Origin: [Chlorobium] sp. 445
GTDB taxonomy: Bacteria; Bacteroidota; Chlorobiia; Chlorobiales; Thermochlorobacteraceae
Length of the DNA: 64,000 nucleotides
Assembly: GCA_002763895.1 (NCBI GenBank)
Contig: NSLH01000005.1
Coordinates: 19,390 to 83,389 of the forward strand
Direction of reading: 5' to 3'
A model generated the notes under the pieces. It was not told the DNA's origin. It made no database searches and worked only from the letters and a program-made list of their open reading frames with translations. Each line of letters begins with the position of its first letter. Positions within the stretch are counted from its first letter, which is position 1. The position numbers were made by a program, and so were the translations under genes. This document shows, piece by piece, positions 11,176 through 19,472 of the stretch.

Positions 11176-11679
11176 TCATTTTAGCTGCTCTACTTTTTCT
11201 CCCTTAATCAGTGCCGTGAGCGTTGCTTCTTTTTCGTAGAGGTTTGGGATGAAAATCTCCATGAACTTTTCAGGGTGAGCAGGTGCAGAGAAGCCAAACT
11301 TTTCATATAGCCCGTGCGCATAGGTTGTAACCAGCAGCCACCGCCGCAGCCCTTGCAAATCGGGGTGATTCATAATTTTTTCCAACAGTACTATAGCCAA
11401 ATCCTGACCACGATACTCTTCGAGAATGAAGACATCGGAGAGATACGCAAAAGTTGTATAGTCAGAAATGACGCGTGCAAAGCCTGCTTGCTTTCGTGCA
11501 CCGCTCGGCAAGATTTCATAAACACCGAAGCAGAGCGAATGCTCAATAGAGCGCACAACCAACTGGCGTGAAATTCCTCTTGCCCAGTGGCAATTTGTCA
11601 GAAAGCCGTGAATGGTGTCTACATCGAGCAGCGCCTTGTCGGTGCTGACAATATACCTTGATGCAGGCGTGTCTGTCAT
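11176..11679 (-). CDS. GNAT-family N-acetyltransferase embedded in the arg cluster
   Basis: 167 aa with a GNAT core (LSDVFILEEYRGQDLAIVLLEKIM...GLYEKFGF). Sits between argJ and argB. Confidence 0.75.
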   Translation of the reverse strand: MTDTPASRYIVSTDKALLDVDTIHGFLTNCHWARGISRQLVVRSIEHSLCFGVYEILPSGARKQAGFARVISDYTTFAYLSDVFILEEYRGQDLAIVLLEKIMNHPDLQGLRRWLLVTTYAHGLYEKFGFSAPAHPEKFMEIFIPNLYEKEATLTALIKGEKVEQLK

Positions 11680-11723
11680 TTCTCTAATGCGATAAAGATT
11701 GATGAACTGATGAAGTATGCCAA

Positions 11724-11737
11724 TGCATAATTATGCA
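11724..11737. promoter_or_regulatory. Candidate ArgR operator (ARG box), perfect 14-bp palindrome TGCATAATTATGCA
   Basis: Lies in the 75-bp gap between the argJ stop and the GNAT start. Same core as the boxes upstream of argC. Confidence 0.5.
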
Positions 11738-11754
11738 ACTTGCTTTCTGCGATA

Positions 11755-12978
11755 CTACGAGCGATAGCTCCCATTGATTTCTACATACTTTGCAGAAAGA
11801 TCACAGGTCCAAAATCTCACTTCACTTTCACCTTGATGAAGATGCACATGCAGCACAACTTCGGGTTTGCTTAGCACAGCTTTTGCCTTTGCTTCATCAA
11901 GCTCAAGTTGGAAATTAGGTTTGAGGACAGCGACATCGCCAAACGAGATTTCTACCCTTTCAGGTTCGAATGCAATGCCTGAGTAACCAATGGCTGCCAT
12001 GATTCGTCCCCAGTTTGCGTCAGCGCCGTGCAATGCGGTTTTAACCAGCAGCGAATTGGCAATACTGCGCGCAGCTTGTTCGGCTTCGCTTTCGCTGCGA
12101 GCTCCGCTTATATGAATCTCAATGAGTTTTGTTGCACCTTCACCGTCTTTTACAATCATTTTGGCAAGGCGCGTCATCACGACTTGAAGGGCATCTGCAA
12201 ACGTGCGGTAGTCATTTGAATCGGCTTGCTCAATGCGCGGATTTTCTGCCAGCGCGTTTGCTAAGAGGAATACGGCATCATTTGTACTGCAATCACCATC
12301 GACGCTAATGCGGTTAAAAGAGTGTGCATTGGCTTCAGAGAGTGCGCGTTGCAAAAGCTCAGGTGAAATCGCAGCGTCTGTGGTGATGAAAGCAAGCATG
12401 GTTGCCATCTGCGGTGCAATCATTCCAGAGCCTTTGGCAATTGCACCAATGTGAATCTTTTTTTCACCCAGCATCACTTGCACAGCCAGTTCTTTTGGGA
12501 AAGTGTCGGTTGTCATAATAGCTTCCGCTGCATCACGACTTGCCTGCGCACTTTGCGCCAGTTGAGCTGTGGCACAGCGAATTCCTTCTGCGACATGCTC
12601 CATCGGCAGATGCTGCCCAATCACACCAGTTGATGCCACTAAGACGGATTCTGCAGGCAGGCTCAATGCTGAAGCGGTCTCATGCACCATTTGCCACGCG
12701 TCGGCAAGACCGCGCTCACCTGTGCAGGCATTGGCATTGCCACTATTGACAACGATAGCTGAGCACGTTCTGCTTTTTTGAAGTTGCGCTTTGCACACTG
12801 CAATCGGTGCGGCTGCCGCTTTATTTGTCGTAAAGACCGCTGCTACTGCGGCGGGGATATCAGAAACAATGAGCGCAATATCTTTCTTTGGCTTGCGAAT
12901 ACGCGCTTCAACGCCAGCTGCTTTGAAGCCTTTCGGTGCACAGATTCCGCCTGCCATATCTTGAAAAGTGTGGTTCAT
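11755..12978 (-). CDS. argJ: Ornithine acetyltransferase / N-acetylglutamate synthase (ArgJ)
   Basis: 407 aa with FTTNKAAAAP and the self-cleavage site region ATMLAFITTDA. A 4-nt overlap links it to argC. Confidence 0.92.
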   Translation of the reverse strand: MNHTFQDMAGGICAPKGFKAAGVEARIRKPKKDIALIVSDIPAAVAAVFTTNKAAAAPIAVCKAQLQKSRTCSAIVVNSGNANACTGERGLADAWQMVHETASALSLPAESVLVASTGVIGQHLPMEHVAEGIRCATAQLAQSAQASRDAAEAIMTTDTFPKELAVQVMLGEKKIHIGAIAKGSGMIAPQMATMLAFITTDAAISPELLQRALSEANAHSFNRISVDGDCSTNDAVFLLANALAENPRIEQADSNDYRTFADALQVVMTRLAKMIVKDGEGATKLIEIHISGARSESEAEQAARSIANSLLVKTALHGADANWGRIMAAIGYSGIAFEPERVEISFGDVAVLKPNFQLELDEAKAKAVLSKPEVVLHVHLHQGESEVRFWTCDLSAKYVEINGSYRS

Positions 12979-14000
12979 TGCAGTCCCTCCGTTTCATCAA
13001 AGCCAAACATCAGGTTAAAATTTTGCACGGCTTGACCTGCCGCACCTTTTAGTAAGTTGTCAATTGCGGAGAGCACAATCAGCTGATTTGTTTCCTTTCG
13101 AATCTTGAAGCCAATGTCGATAAAGTTGGTATGCGCCACACCTTTGATTTGTGGCATCAGTGATTTGCTTATGCGCACAAAAGGTTCGTTTGCGTAGTGC
13201 TGAGCGTAGATTTGTTCGATTTCTTCTTCACTTGTCTTTGCAGCTAGCATTGCATGAATTGTAGTGTAAATACCTCGTGTGATTGGAATCAAATGTGGCA
13301 CAAATGAAACTGAAACACTCACTCCGCTAAACTCTGCCAAGGCTTGCTCGATTTCAGGCAAGTGTTGATGCTCGCCCACTTTGTAGGCTTTGACACTTTC
13401 ATTGACTTCGCAGAAATGCAAGTCCAGCGATGCACTGCGTCCTGCCCCTGAAACGCCTGACATTGAGGTTATCGTAATGCGCTCTGGCTCAATGAGTCCT
13501 GCTTTCAGCAAGGGAACAAGCGGCAAAATGATGCTGGTCGGATAGCAGCCCGGATTAGCCAGCAGTGTTGCACTTTTGATTGCTGTACGGTTCAGTTCCG
13601 TTAGTCCATAGACAGCTGTTGAGAGCAGATTAGGCGCATGATGTGTGTGTTTGTAGAAGCGTTCGTACTGCGCAGAATTTTTCAGGCGAAAATCACCTCC
13701 AAGATCAATAACCTTTTTGCCCCTTGAAAGCAACTCGGGCACAAGGTGCATGGCTTCACCTGATGGGAGAGCAAGAAATACGCACTGGCTCTGACATGCG
13801 GCATCTATGGAGTAAGTTTCAAGTGTGTTTTCTACTTGCTGGCGAAAGCGTGGGTAGAGTTCAGCAAAACTTTTTCCAGCTGATGCGTTTGCAAAGAGCC
13901 TATCAATGCGCACGCCTGAGTGGCGCTGAAAAATCTCAACAAGTTGTGCACCAGAATACCCCGATGCTCCAACGATAGAAATACTGACGGCGTTGCTCAA
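12975..14000 (-). CDS. argC: N-acetyl-gamma-glutamyl-phosphate reductase
   Basis: IVGASGYSG NAD(P)-binding motif and active-site NPGCYPT. TTG start at 14000. Confidence 0.92.
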   Translation of the reverse strand: MSNAVSISIVGASGYSGAQLVEIFQRHSGVRIDRLFANASAGKSFAELYPRFRQQVENTLETYSIDAACQSQCVFLALPSGEAMHLVPELLSRGKKVIDLGGDFRLKNSAQYERFYKHTHHAPNLLSTAVYGLTELNRTAIKSATLLANPGCYPTSIILPLVPLLKAGLIEPERITITSMSGVSGAGRSASLDLHFCEVNESVKAYKVGEHQHLPEIEQALAEFSGVSVSVSFVPHLIPITRGIYTTIHAMLAAKTSEEEIEQIYAQHYANEPFVRISKSLMPQIKGVAHTNFIDIGFKIRKETNQLIVLSAIDNLLKGAAGQAVQNFNLMFGFDETEGLQ

Positions 14001-14052
14001 TAGTGTGATGCTACTTTAGAGTTTTTTGTTTGAGCTTAGCTCTCAAGACAAA

Positions 14053-14088
14053 TTGCATAATTATACGAGAGTTTGCATAATTATGCAA
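14053..14088 (-). promoter_or_regulatory. Tandem ARG-box-like operators overlapping a sigma70-type promoter of argC
   Basis: TTGCATAATTATGCAA (14073-14088, perfect 16-bp palindrome) and TTGCATAATTATA (14053-14065) lie 20 bp apart. On the minus strand this reads TTGCAT-17 nt-TATAAT. Confidence 0.6.
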
Positions 14089-14169
14089 GAAGATTTTATG
14101 AGATTTTCTTGCACGCAATGCTGCACCTTTAAGACAAGTGTAGTGAGATTTTATTTTCAAATCTTCACC

Positions 14170-14820
14170 TTATTTGACTAAGCCAAACTGCATTTGCATG
14201 GCTATCCATTCTTGAATTGCGTCTTCAAGCAAATTGAGTTTGCCTGTAAAAAAGTGATCAGCCTCATCAATGACGCGCAAGGCTTTTGGTTCGCTTATGG
14301 CGGCGTATTGCTGTTGGAAGTGTGTAAATGTAGCAATGCTATCGGCTGCACCATGAATAAAGAGTTTAGGTTTTGTGCTGGTTGCAAACGTCATCGTCTC
14401 AAACAAGCGCGTTGGCAAGCCTATACTGATAAGGTGGGTGACTCGTGCATCACTGGCGCCATAACTAAGCCCAACCCATGCACCAAAAGAAAACCCTGCA
14501 ATTACAATTGGCACATGCTGTGCAGCATACCACGTTTGTAGAAAATCCACAGCCGCTTTGACATCGCGTTGCTCACCAATTCCTTCTGAGTACTTTCCTT
14601 CACTTGCCATCACGCCGCGAAAATTAAAGCGGAGCACAGCGCCGCCTAGCTCATGCAAAGTTCGTGCTGCCGTTACCACGACTTTATTGTGCATGGTGCC
14701 CTGATAGAGTGGGTGAGGATGACAAACTACTGCCAAAAACTTTGGCGCATCAAGCGGATTCAATATGGCTTCTAACTTTCCTGCTTCACTCTTAATGAAC
14801 AACATTTTCGAAAACGCCAT
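14170..14820 (-). CDS. Alpha/beta-fold hydrolase (COG2945-like)
   Basis: 216 aa with CHPHPLYQGTMHNKVV, nucleophile elbow GFSFGA and a late His (ADHFF). Confidence 0.7.
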   Translation of the reverse strand: MAFSKMLFIKSEAGKLEAILNPLDAPKFLAVVCHPHPLYQGTMHNKVVVTAARTLHELGGAVLRFNFRGVMASEGKYSEGIGEQRDVKAAVDFLQTWYAAQHVPIVIAGFSFGAWVGLSYGASDARVTHLISIGLPTRLFETMTFATSTKPKLFIHGAADSIATFTHFQQQYAAISEPKALRVIDEADHFFTGKLNLLEDAIQEWIAMQMQFGLVK

Positions 14821-14832
14821 AGCAAGTGCCGA

Positions 14833-15558
14833 TTATTTTCGTGCAATATAGAGAATCGCTGTCTGAAGTGAGAGCCTATGCTGTGAGGCAGATTGGAAGC
14901 GTGCCCGACCTAATTTTTCCAAGAAGGCTTCACCTTGTGGGAAACTCTCAACGGAGAGTGGTAAATATCGATAGGCTACTTCTGGTGCTCCGAAAAAGCA
15001 AGCAATCTTTGGCAGAATATGTTTGAAGTATGCAAGGTAAGGCTTCCTAATCCATGTGCGTTGCGGAATCATGGGCTCAAGAAATACTGCAATGCCTTCT
15101 GGTTTCAAAACGCGGTGAATTTCCAACAAGCCTTTTTCTACATCTTGAAAATTTCGTGCCCCGAAGCCTACAGTAACAAGGTCAAACGACGATTTTGCAA
15201 AAGGTAAGTCTTCTGCAGCTGCTCGCTCAAAGTGTGCATTCGGCACCTTCTGACGTGCATAACGCAGCATCACTTCAGAAAGATCAATACCGATTACCCT
15301 TGCATTTGGCAATGTCGTTAGGATTTGTGCAAAATCACCTGTGCCTGTTGCCACATCAAGTGCGCTGAGCGTGCGTGTTGGGTTCAGTATACTGTAAGCC
15401 ATCCTAACGGCTGCTCGTCGCCAGTGCTGGTCTAATCCTAAACTCAATACTCGATTGAGAAAATCATATACGGGCGCAATCTCATCAAACATTGACTCAA
15501 TCTGCGTGTGCGTCTTTGCTTGCACCATTGCTTTGGCTTTTGTCATTGCCGTCGACAT
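14833..15558 (-). CDS. menG: Demethylmenaquinone/ubiquinone C-methyltransferase
   Basis: FDEIAPVYDFLNRVLSLGLDQHWRR and SAM motif LDVATGTGD. I chose the ATG at 15558 because the longer ORF overlaps hisI. Confidence 0.85.
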   Translation of the reverse strand: MSTAMTKAKAMVQAKTHTQIESMFDEIAPVYDFLNRVLSLGLDQHWRRAAVRMAYSILNPTRTLSALDVATGTGDFAQILTTLPNARVIGIDLSEVMLRYARQKVPNAHFERAAAEDLPFAKSSFDLVTVGFGARNFQDVEKGLLEIHRVLKPEGIAVFLEPMIPQRTWIRKPYLAYFKHILPKIACFFGAPEVAYRYLPLSVESFPQGEAFLEKLGRARFQSASQHRLSLQTAILYIARK

Positions 15559-15607
15559 CGTATCAAGTTCTGCTTGAGTTGTCGAAAAATTTGCTGCAGC
15601 CTGGCAG

Positions 15608-16021
15608 TTAGGTCTTAATTTTGCCGTAGGTTGTTTCTGCATCAAAGACGAGGCGATCGCAAATTTCCATTTTGCCATCTTCTGTAACACGGCGATAAAA
15701 GCATGATTCATAGCCTGTATGGCATGCGCCACCCTTCTGCGTGATTTTTAGCACAATCGCATCGCCATCGCAATCAAGTAGAATTTCCTTTACTTCTTGT
15801 GTATGCCCTGATGTTGCGCCTTTGCGCCAAAGCTCTTTGCGACTTCGGCTCCAGTAACACGCCTTTTTTTCTGCCAGTGTAATTTGCAGGCTTTCACGAT
15901 TCATGTAAGCCAGCATCAACACTTTACCTGTTACGGCATCTTGCGCAATGACAGGGACGAGCCCATCTTTATCAAACTTAACCGCTGAGAGAAAATCACG
16001 GTCTGTCGTGTTCGAGGTCAT
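15608..16021 (-). CDS. hisI: Phosphoribosyl-AMP cyclohydrolase (monofunctional)
   Basis: 137 aa with [27 protein letters not shown] and [11 protein letters not shown]...[12 protein letters not shown]. Confidence 0.9.
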   Translation of the reverse strand: MTSNTTDRDFLSAVKFDKDGLVPVIAQDAVTGKVLMLAYMNRESLQITLAEKKACYWSRSRKELWRKGATSGHTQEVKEILLDCDGDAIVLKITQKGGACHTGYESCFYRRVTEDGKMEICDRLVFDAETTYGKIKT

Positions 16022-16938
16022 GGCTTAGGTTTTCTTTTTTGTGCATGTTTGAAGGCTTGAATCATTTCTTGCGCACTTTTATCGCTTGCAATTTTTGGCG
16101 AGAGCGCAATGCGTTCATTGTGCGCAGCAACTCTCTCACGACCCTTGAAAATTAGCATTAGTCTGCCAATGTATTCGCCATCGGGTCCTGCTGAGAGTGC
16201 AAGGCAGTGTCCAAACTGTGTCGGTGTCTTGGTTATCAAGTCTTCGGAGTTTGAGACAATCACGGACAGCTGCGGGAATTTTTCTGCTAAGAATTTCTCG
16301 TAGTGAATATCTTGCGTGCGTAGCAGCAATATGATTATATCTGGCTCTTCACGCAAAAGTGCATCGAGTGCATGCGAGAGTGCATCAAGTGGTGCAATCA
16401 ACCTTACTTGTCGTTGTGCTGTTTCCGTTGCGCTGCTAAGTGCACTTTCAGTTAGCAGTCCTAAAATCCCTACACGCCAGTGTCCTGCTTGCACTACACG
16501 ATAGGGCACAGTCAATGCTGTTCCAGCAGTGTCGCAGAGGTTAGCAGAGACCGTTGGCAGTTCAGCAAATGCTGTGCGTGTAAAATGTGCGCCGTATGTA
16601 AAGTCATTTTCGGCAAGGTTGCAAGCATCGTAGCGCATTTGGCTCATCAGTTTCGTGATGAGCATTGCCTCAGCTGTAGATTTTGGATATGCCGAAAACT
16701 GATTGCCTGCATCGACCAGCACGACCTTTTCACCGAATGTTGCACGCGTCTGATTGACTACACTAACTCGACGGGCAAGTCCACCTAAATTTTCTTTAGA
16801 GCATGGACATGCTTCAAGATAGCCATAGGCGCCACCTGTGTAGAGCACAACAAGTGTATCTAACGTCTGTGCTCTTGTTGTTGTACAAAGTAAAAGAAGC
16901 AGTATGCCAAGCCACGCACGCACACCAAGCTTTTGCAT
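16018..16938 (-). CDS. Secreted 5'-nucleotidase/metallophosphoesterase-like protein with degenerate metal-binding motifs
   Basis: Signal peptide [16 protein letters not shown]. Layout resembles calcineurin-like phosphoesterases, but the motif positions read [20 protein letters not shown] and [10 protein letters not shown]. Confidence 0.45.
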   Translation of the reverse strand: MQKLGVRAWLGILLLLLCTTTRAQTLDTLVVLYTGGAYGYLEACPCSKENLGGLARRVSVVNQTRATFGEKVVLVDAGNQFSAYPKSTAEAMLITKLMSQMRYDACNLAENDFTYGAHFTRTAFAELPTVSANLCDTAGTALTVPYRVVQAGHWRVGILGLLTESALSSATETAQRQVRLIAPLDALSHALDALLREEPDIIILLLRTQDIHYEKFLAEKFPQLSVIVSNSEDLITKTPTQFGHCLALSAGPDGEYIGRLMLIFKGRERVAAHNERIALSPKIASDKSAQEMIQAFKHAQKRKPKP

Positions 16939-16950
16939 CAGCACGGAGAA

Positions 16951-17805
16951 TTATGCATTTGAGGGCGAAAGTTCGGCTTGTACTGCAGGCTTTGCAGGCG
17001 CCACACTTTTGACGAACTCGGGATAAATGATACGCTCTAGGTTCACGCACTTACCTGTTTCAGGGTCAAGTTGAATGAGCATTGCACAGAGTCTGACATC
17101 ACTTGTTGCACATTCGTACTTATGCGGTGTTTGGTAGATGAACCGCTCAATTGCAGATTTGGTTACCATCCCGATGACAGAGTCGTATGGACCTGTCATA
17201 CCAATGTCGGTGCAGTAGCCTGTGCCTTTTGGGAAGATGCGTTCATCTGCGGTTGGCACATGTGAATGCGAGCCCATCACTGCAGAGACTCGCCCGTCCA
17301 GATACCAGCCCATAGCGACCTTCTCAGCTGTTGCTTCTGCGTGCATATCCACAATAATGTACTTGACATCCTTCATCTTTTCCAGCGCCCAATCTGCCGT
17401 GCGGAATGGACAGTCAATCGTGTACATAAATGTTCGACCTTGCAAGTTCAATACACCGATTTTTCCGAGTCCTTTCGGCAGTGTGTAGATTCCCATTCCT
17501 GTGCCCCAAGTGCCTTTTGGGTAATTCATTGGACGCAGCACATGCGGGTCGCGCTTGAGGACCTCATGAAATTTGAAGTTATCCCAAATGTGATTACCGC
17601 CTGAAATGACATCTACACCGACAGTCCGCAATTGATGCATAATTTCAAGACTCATGCCTTTACCATTGTAGGCATTTTCACCATTGCAAATCGTAAAATG
17701 CACATCGTATTTCTGGATATAGCCTTTGAGCAGTTTGACTACGATATCTACGCCGGGTTGCCCGACGATATCTGCCATGAAAAACACATTGATAGTCTTT
17801 GACAT
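16951..17805 (-). CDS. ymdB: YmdB-family metallophosphoesterase (2',3'-cyclic-nucleotide phosphodiesterase-like)
   Basis: FFMADIVGQPG, CNGENAYNGKGMS, GGNHIWD and DMHAEATAEK are typical of the TIGR00282/YmdB family. Confidence 0.85.
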   Translation of the reverse strand: MSKTINVFFMADIVGQPGVDIVVKLLKGYIQKYDVHFTICNGENAYNGKGMSLEIMHQLRTVGVDVISGGNHIWDNFKFHEVLKRDPHVLRPMNYPKGTWGTGMGIYTLPKGLGKIGVLNLQGRTFMYTIDCPFRTADWALEKMKDVKYIIVDMHAEATAEKVAMGWYLDGRVSAVMGSHSHVPTADERIFPKGTGYCTDIGMTGPYDSVIGMVTKSAIERFIYQTPHKYECATSDVRLCAMLIQLDPETGKCVNLERIIYPEFVKSVAPAKPAVQAELSPSNA

Positions 17806-17875
17806 AGTGCATCGTTTTACTTGAAAAGAAAAATGAATTTACAACAAACTGCTTCCCACACCAAGTTACATGCTG

Positions 17876-18751
17876 TTACACAATCTGATTTCGAATGCTG
17901 CCCAAGCACTCAATGTGCATTTCAACCACATCGCCAATCTCAAGGTAGGGAAATTGTGTGTTATCAAGTTCTAACAAGCAGCCCGTGCCTACTGTGCCAC
18001 TGCCAATTACATCGCCTGCATAGAGCATGGCATCGCGTGAGGCACGCTCAATCATTTCAGCAAACGAGAAATGAATCTGCTTGAAATTACCCCCTCCATA
18101 TCGCTTGCCGTTGACGCGCACCTCCATCTCTAAGTCGAGCCGATTGCCCACCTTTCTTTCTTCCAGTTCATCTTTGGTTACCAGAAATGCTCCGAGTGTT
18201 GTTGCAAAATCTTTCGCTTTTGCAGGACCTAAGCCCACTTTCACTTCACGCATTTGTTCATCGCGTGCTGACCAATCATTCATGATGCAGTAGCCAGCAA
18301 TGTGTGCTTCAGCATCCTCTCGTGAGATATTGATTCCGTCTTTGCCAATCACACATGCAAGTTCCAACTCATAATCTAACATGCTCGTCGAACGTGGTTT
18401 CTTGACTGGTGCATACGGGGCAACAATTGCATGATGATTAGAAAAATAAAACACTGGAAAGTCGTACCACTCTGGTGGCACATCAAGTCCGCGCTTTTTA
18501 CGCGCATTTCTTACATGCTCTTCGAATGCATAAAAATCACGCAAAGACTTTGGGCGTGGCACACACGCTAAAAGCTCGACTTCATTTAAGTTGAAGGAAG
18601 GTGTGCGCCGCTCGAGCATTGAAAAGTCATTTTGGCATGTCTCCAACAGTGTGGTCATAGAATCAAACTGCGTTGGGAACACCTCTTCACCGGCGACGAT
18701 ACCGACCCGTTCAGTTGGCATGGTCGGATGACGAAATGTGCAGAGCTTCAT
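17876..18751 (-). CDS. Fumarylacetoacetate hydrolase (FAH) family protein
   Basis: 291 aa with YELELACVIGKDG, NDWSARD and the C-terminal GDVIGSGTVGTGC...GDVVEM pattern of the FAH fold. Confidence 0.8.
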   Translation of the reverse strand: MKLCTFRHPTMPTERVGIVAGEEVFPTQFDSMTTLLETCQNDFSMLERRTPSFNLNEVELLACVPRPKSLRDFYAFEEHVRNARKKRGLDVPPEWYDFPVFYFSNHHAIVAPYAPVKKPRSTSMLDYELELACVIGKDGINISREDAEAHIAGYCIMNDWSARDEQMREVKVGLGPAKAKDFATTLGAFLVTKDELEERKVGNRLDLEMEVRVNGKRYGGGNFKQIHFSFAEMIERASRDAMLYAGDVIGSGTVGTGCLLELDNTQFPYLEIGDVVEMHIECLGSIRNQIV

Positions 18752-18812
18752 CAGTAGGGATTAGAATTTGAATGCAAAGTTTAGCCTTTTTACAACGGGC
18801 ATTGCTGAAATT

Positions 18813-18853
18813 GCTAGAAAAATAAAAGCGCCTCAAGAGAGATGAGACGCTTT
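18813..18853 (-). terminator. Rho-independent terminator downstream of the TlpA-like gene
   Basis: The minus-strand RNA GCGUCUC-(9 nt)-GAGGCGC forms a 7-bp stem including one G-U pair, followed by UUUUAUUUUU. Confidence 0.6.
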
Positions 18854-18883
18854 GAACTTGACCGTCTTCACAGGTTCTATGGC

Positions 18884-19426
18884 TCAGTTGAGCGCTCTTT
18901 TGATAGCATCCTCGAAGGTTGCTTTATTGCGCGCACCCACGAAGGCATCAATAATCTCACCTTTGCGGTTAATGACGAACGAGGTAGGGATGCCGCGAAT
19001 TTGTCCACCTTCAACGAACTTACCATAATCGGCGGCAACTTTTTCGTTGCCCATCACCACAGGATAGTTAACGCCTTTCTCTTTGACAAATGCCGCTACT
19101 TTTTCTGGCTTGTCGCTAACGGCAATGCCAATGAACGAGAATTTATTGGCATAGACTTTTTGCAGCTCAATCATATCTGGAATTTCAGCGCGGCAAGGCG
19201 GACACCATGTCGCCCAGAAGTTGATAATGACGCCTTTACCCTTAAAATCGGAGAGACTAACCTTTTTGCCATCGGTGGTCTCCAGCGTAAAGGCTGGTGC
19301 TAAAGCAGTTTCTGCCAGCGTTTCAGGCTTGGATAGTTGTGCCACTTGTGGCTTGCTGGCAAAGCTCAGCCCCATCAGGAGCAGTGATAACAAGAGAATT
19401 GGAGTAGCAGTACGCAGTAATGACAT
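18884..19426 (-). CDS. TlpA/ResA-like periplasmic thiol:disulfide oxidoreductase
   Basis: Signal or anchor MSLLRTATPILLLSLLLMGLSFA and thioredoxin motif FWATWCPPCRAEIP. ATG at 19426; the longer ORF overlaps the HPPD gene. Confidence 0.8.
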   Translation of the reverse strand: MSLLRTATPILLLSLLLMGLSFASKPQVAQLSKPETLAETALAPAFTLETTDGKKVSLSDFKGKGVIINFWATWCPPCRAEIPDMIELQKVYANKFSFIGIAVSDKPEKVAAFVKEKGVNYPVVMGNEKVAADYGKFVEGGQIRGIPTSFVINRKGEIIDAFVGARNKATFEDAIKRALN

Positions 19427-19472
19427 TGTGGTTTTACCGTGGTTTTGTGTTTGAAATTTATCGTAAATGTTC

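Noticed and set aside
16949-16958. AATTATGCAT half-site at the ymdB 3' end.
   Set aside because: It is a single half-site, lies at a gene junction unrelated to arginine metabolism and has no palindromic partner. It is likely chance.
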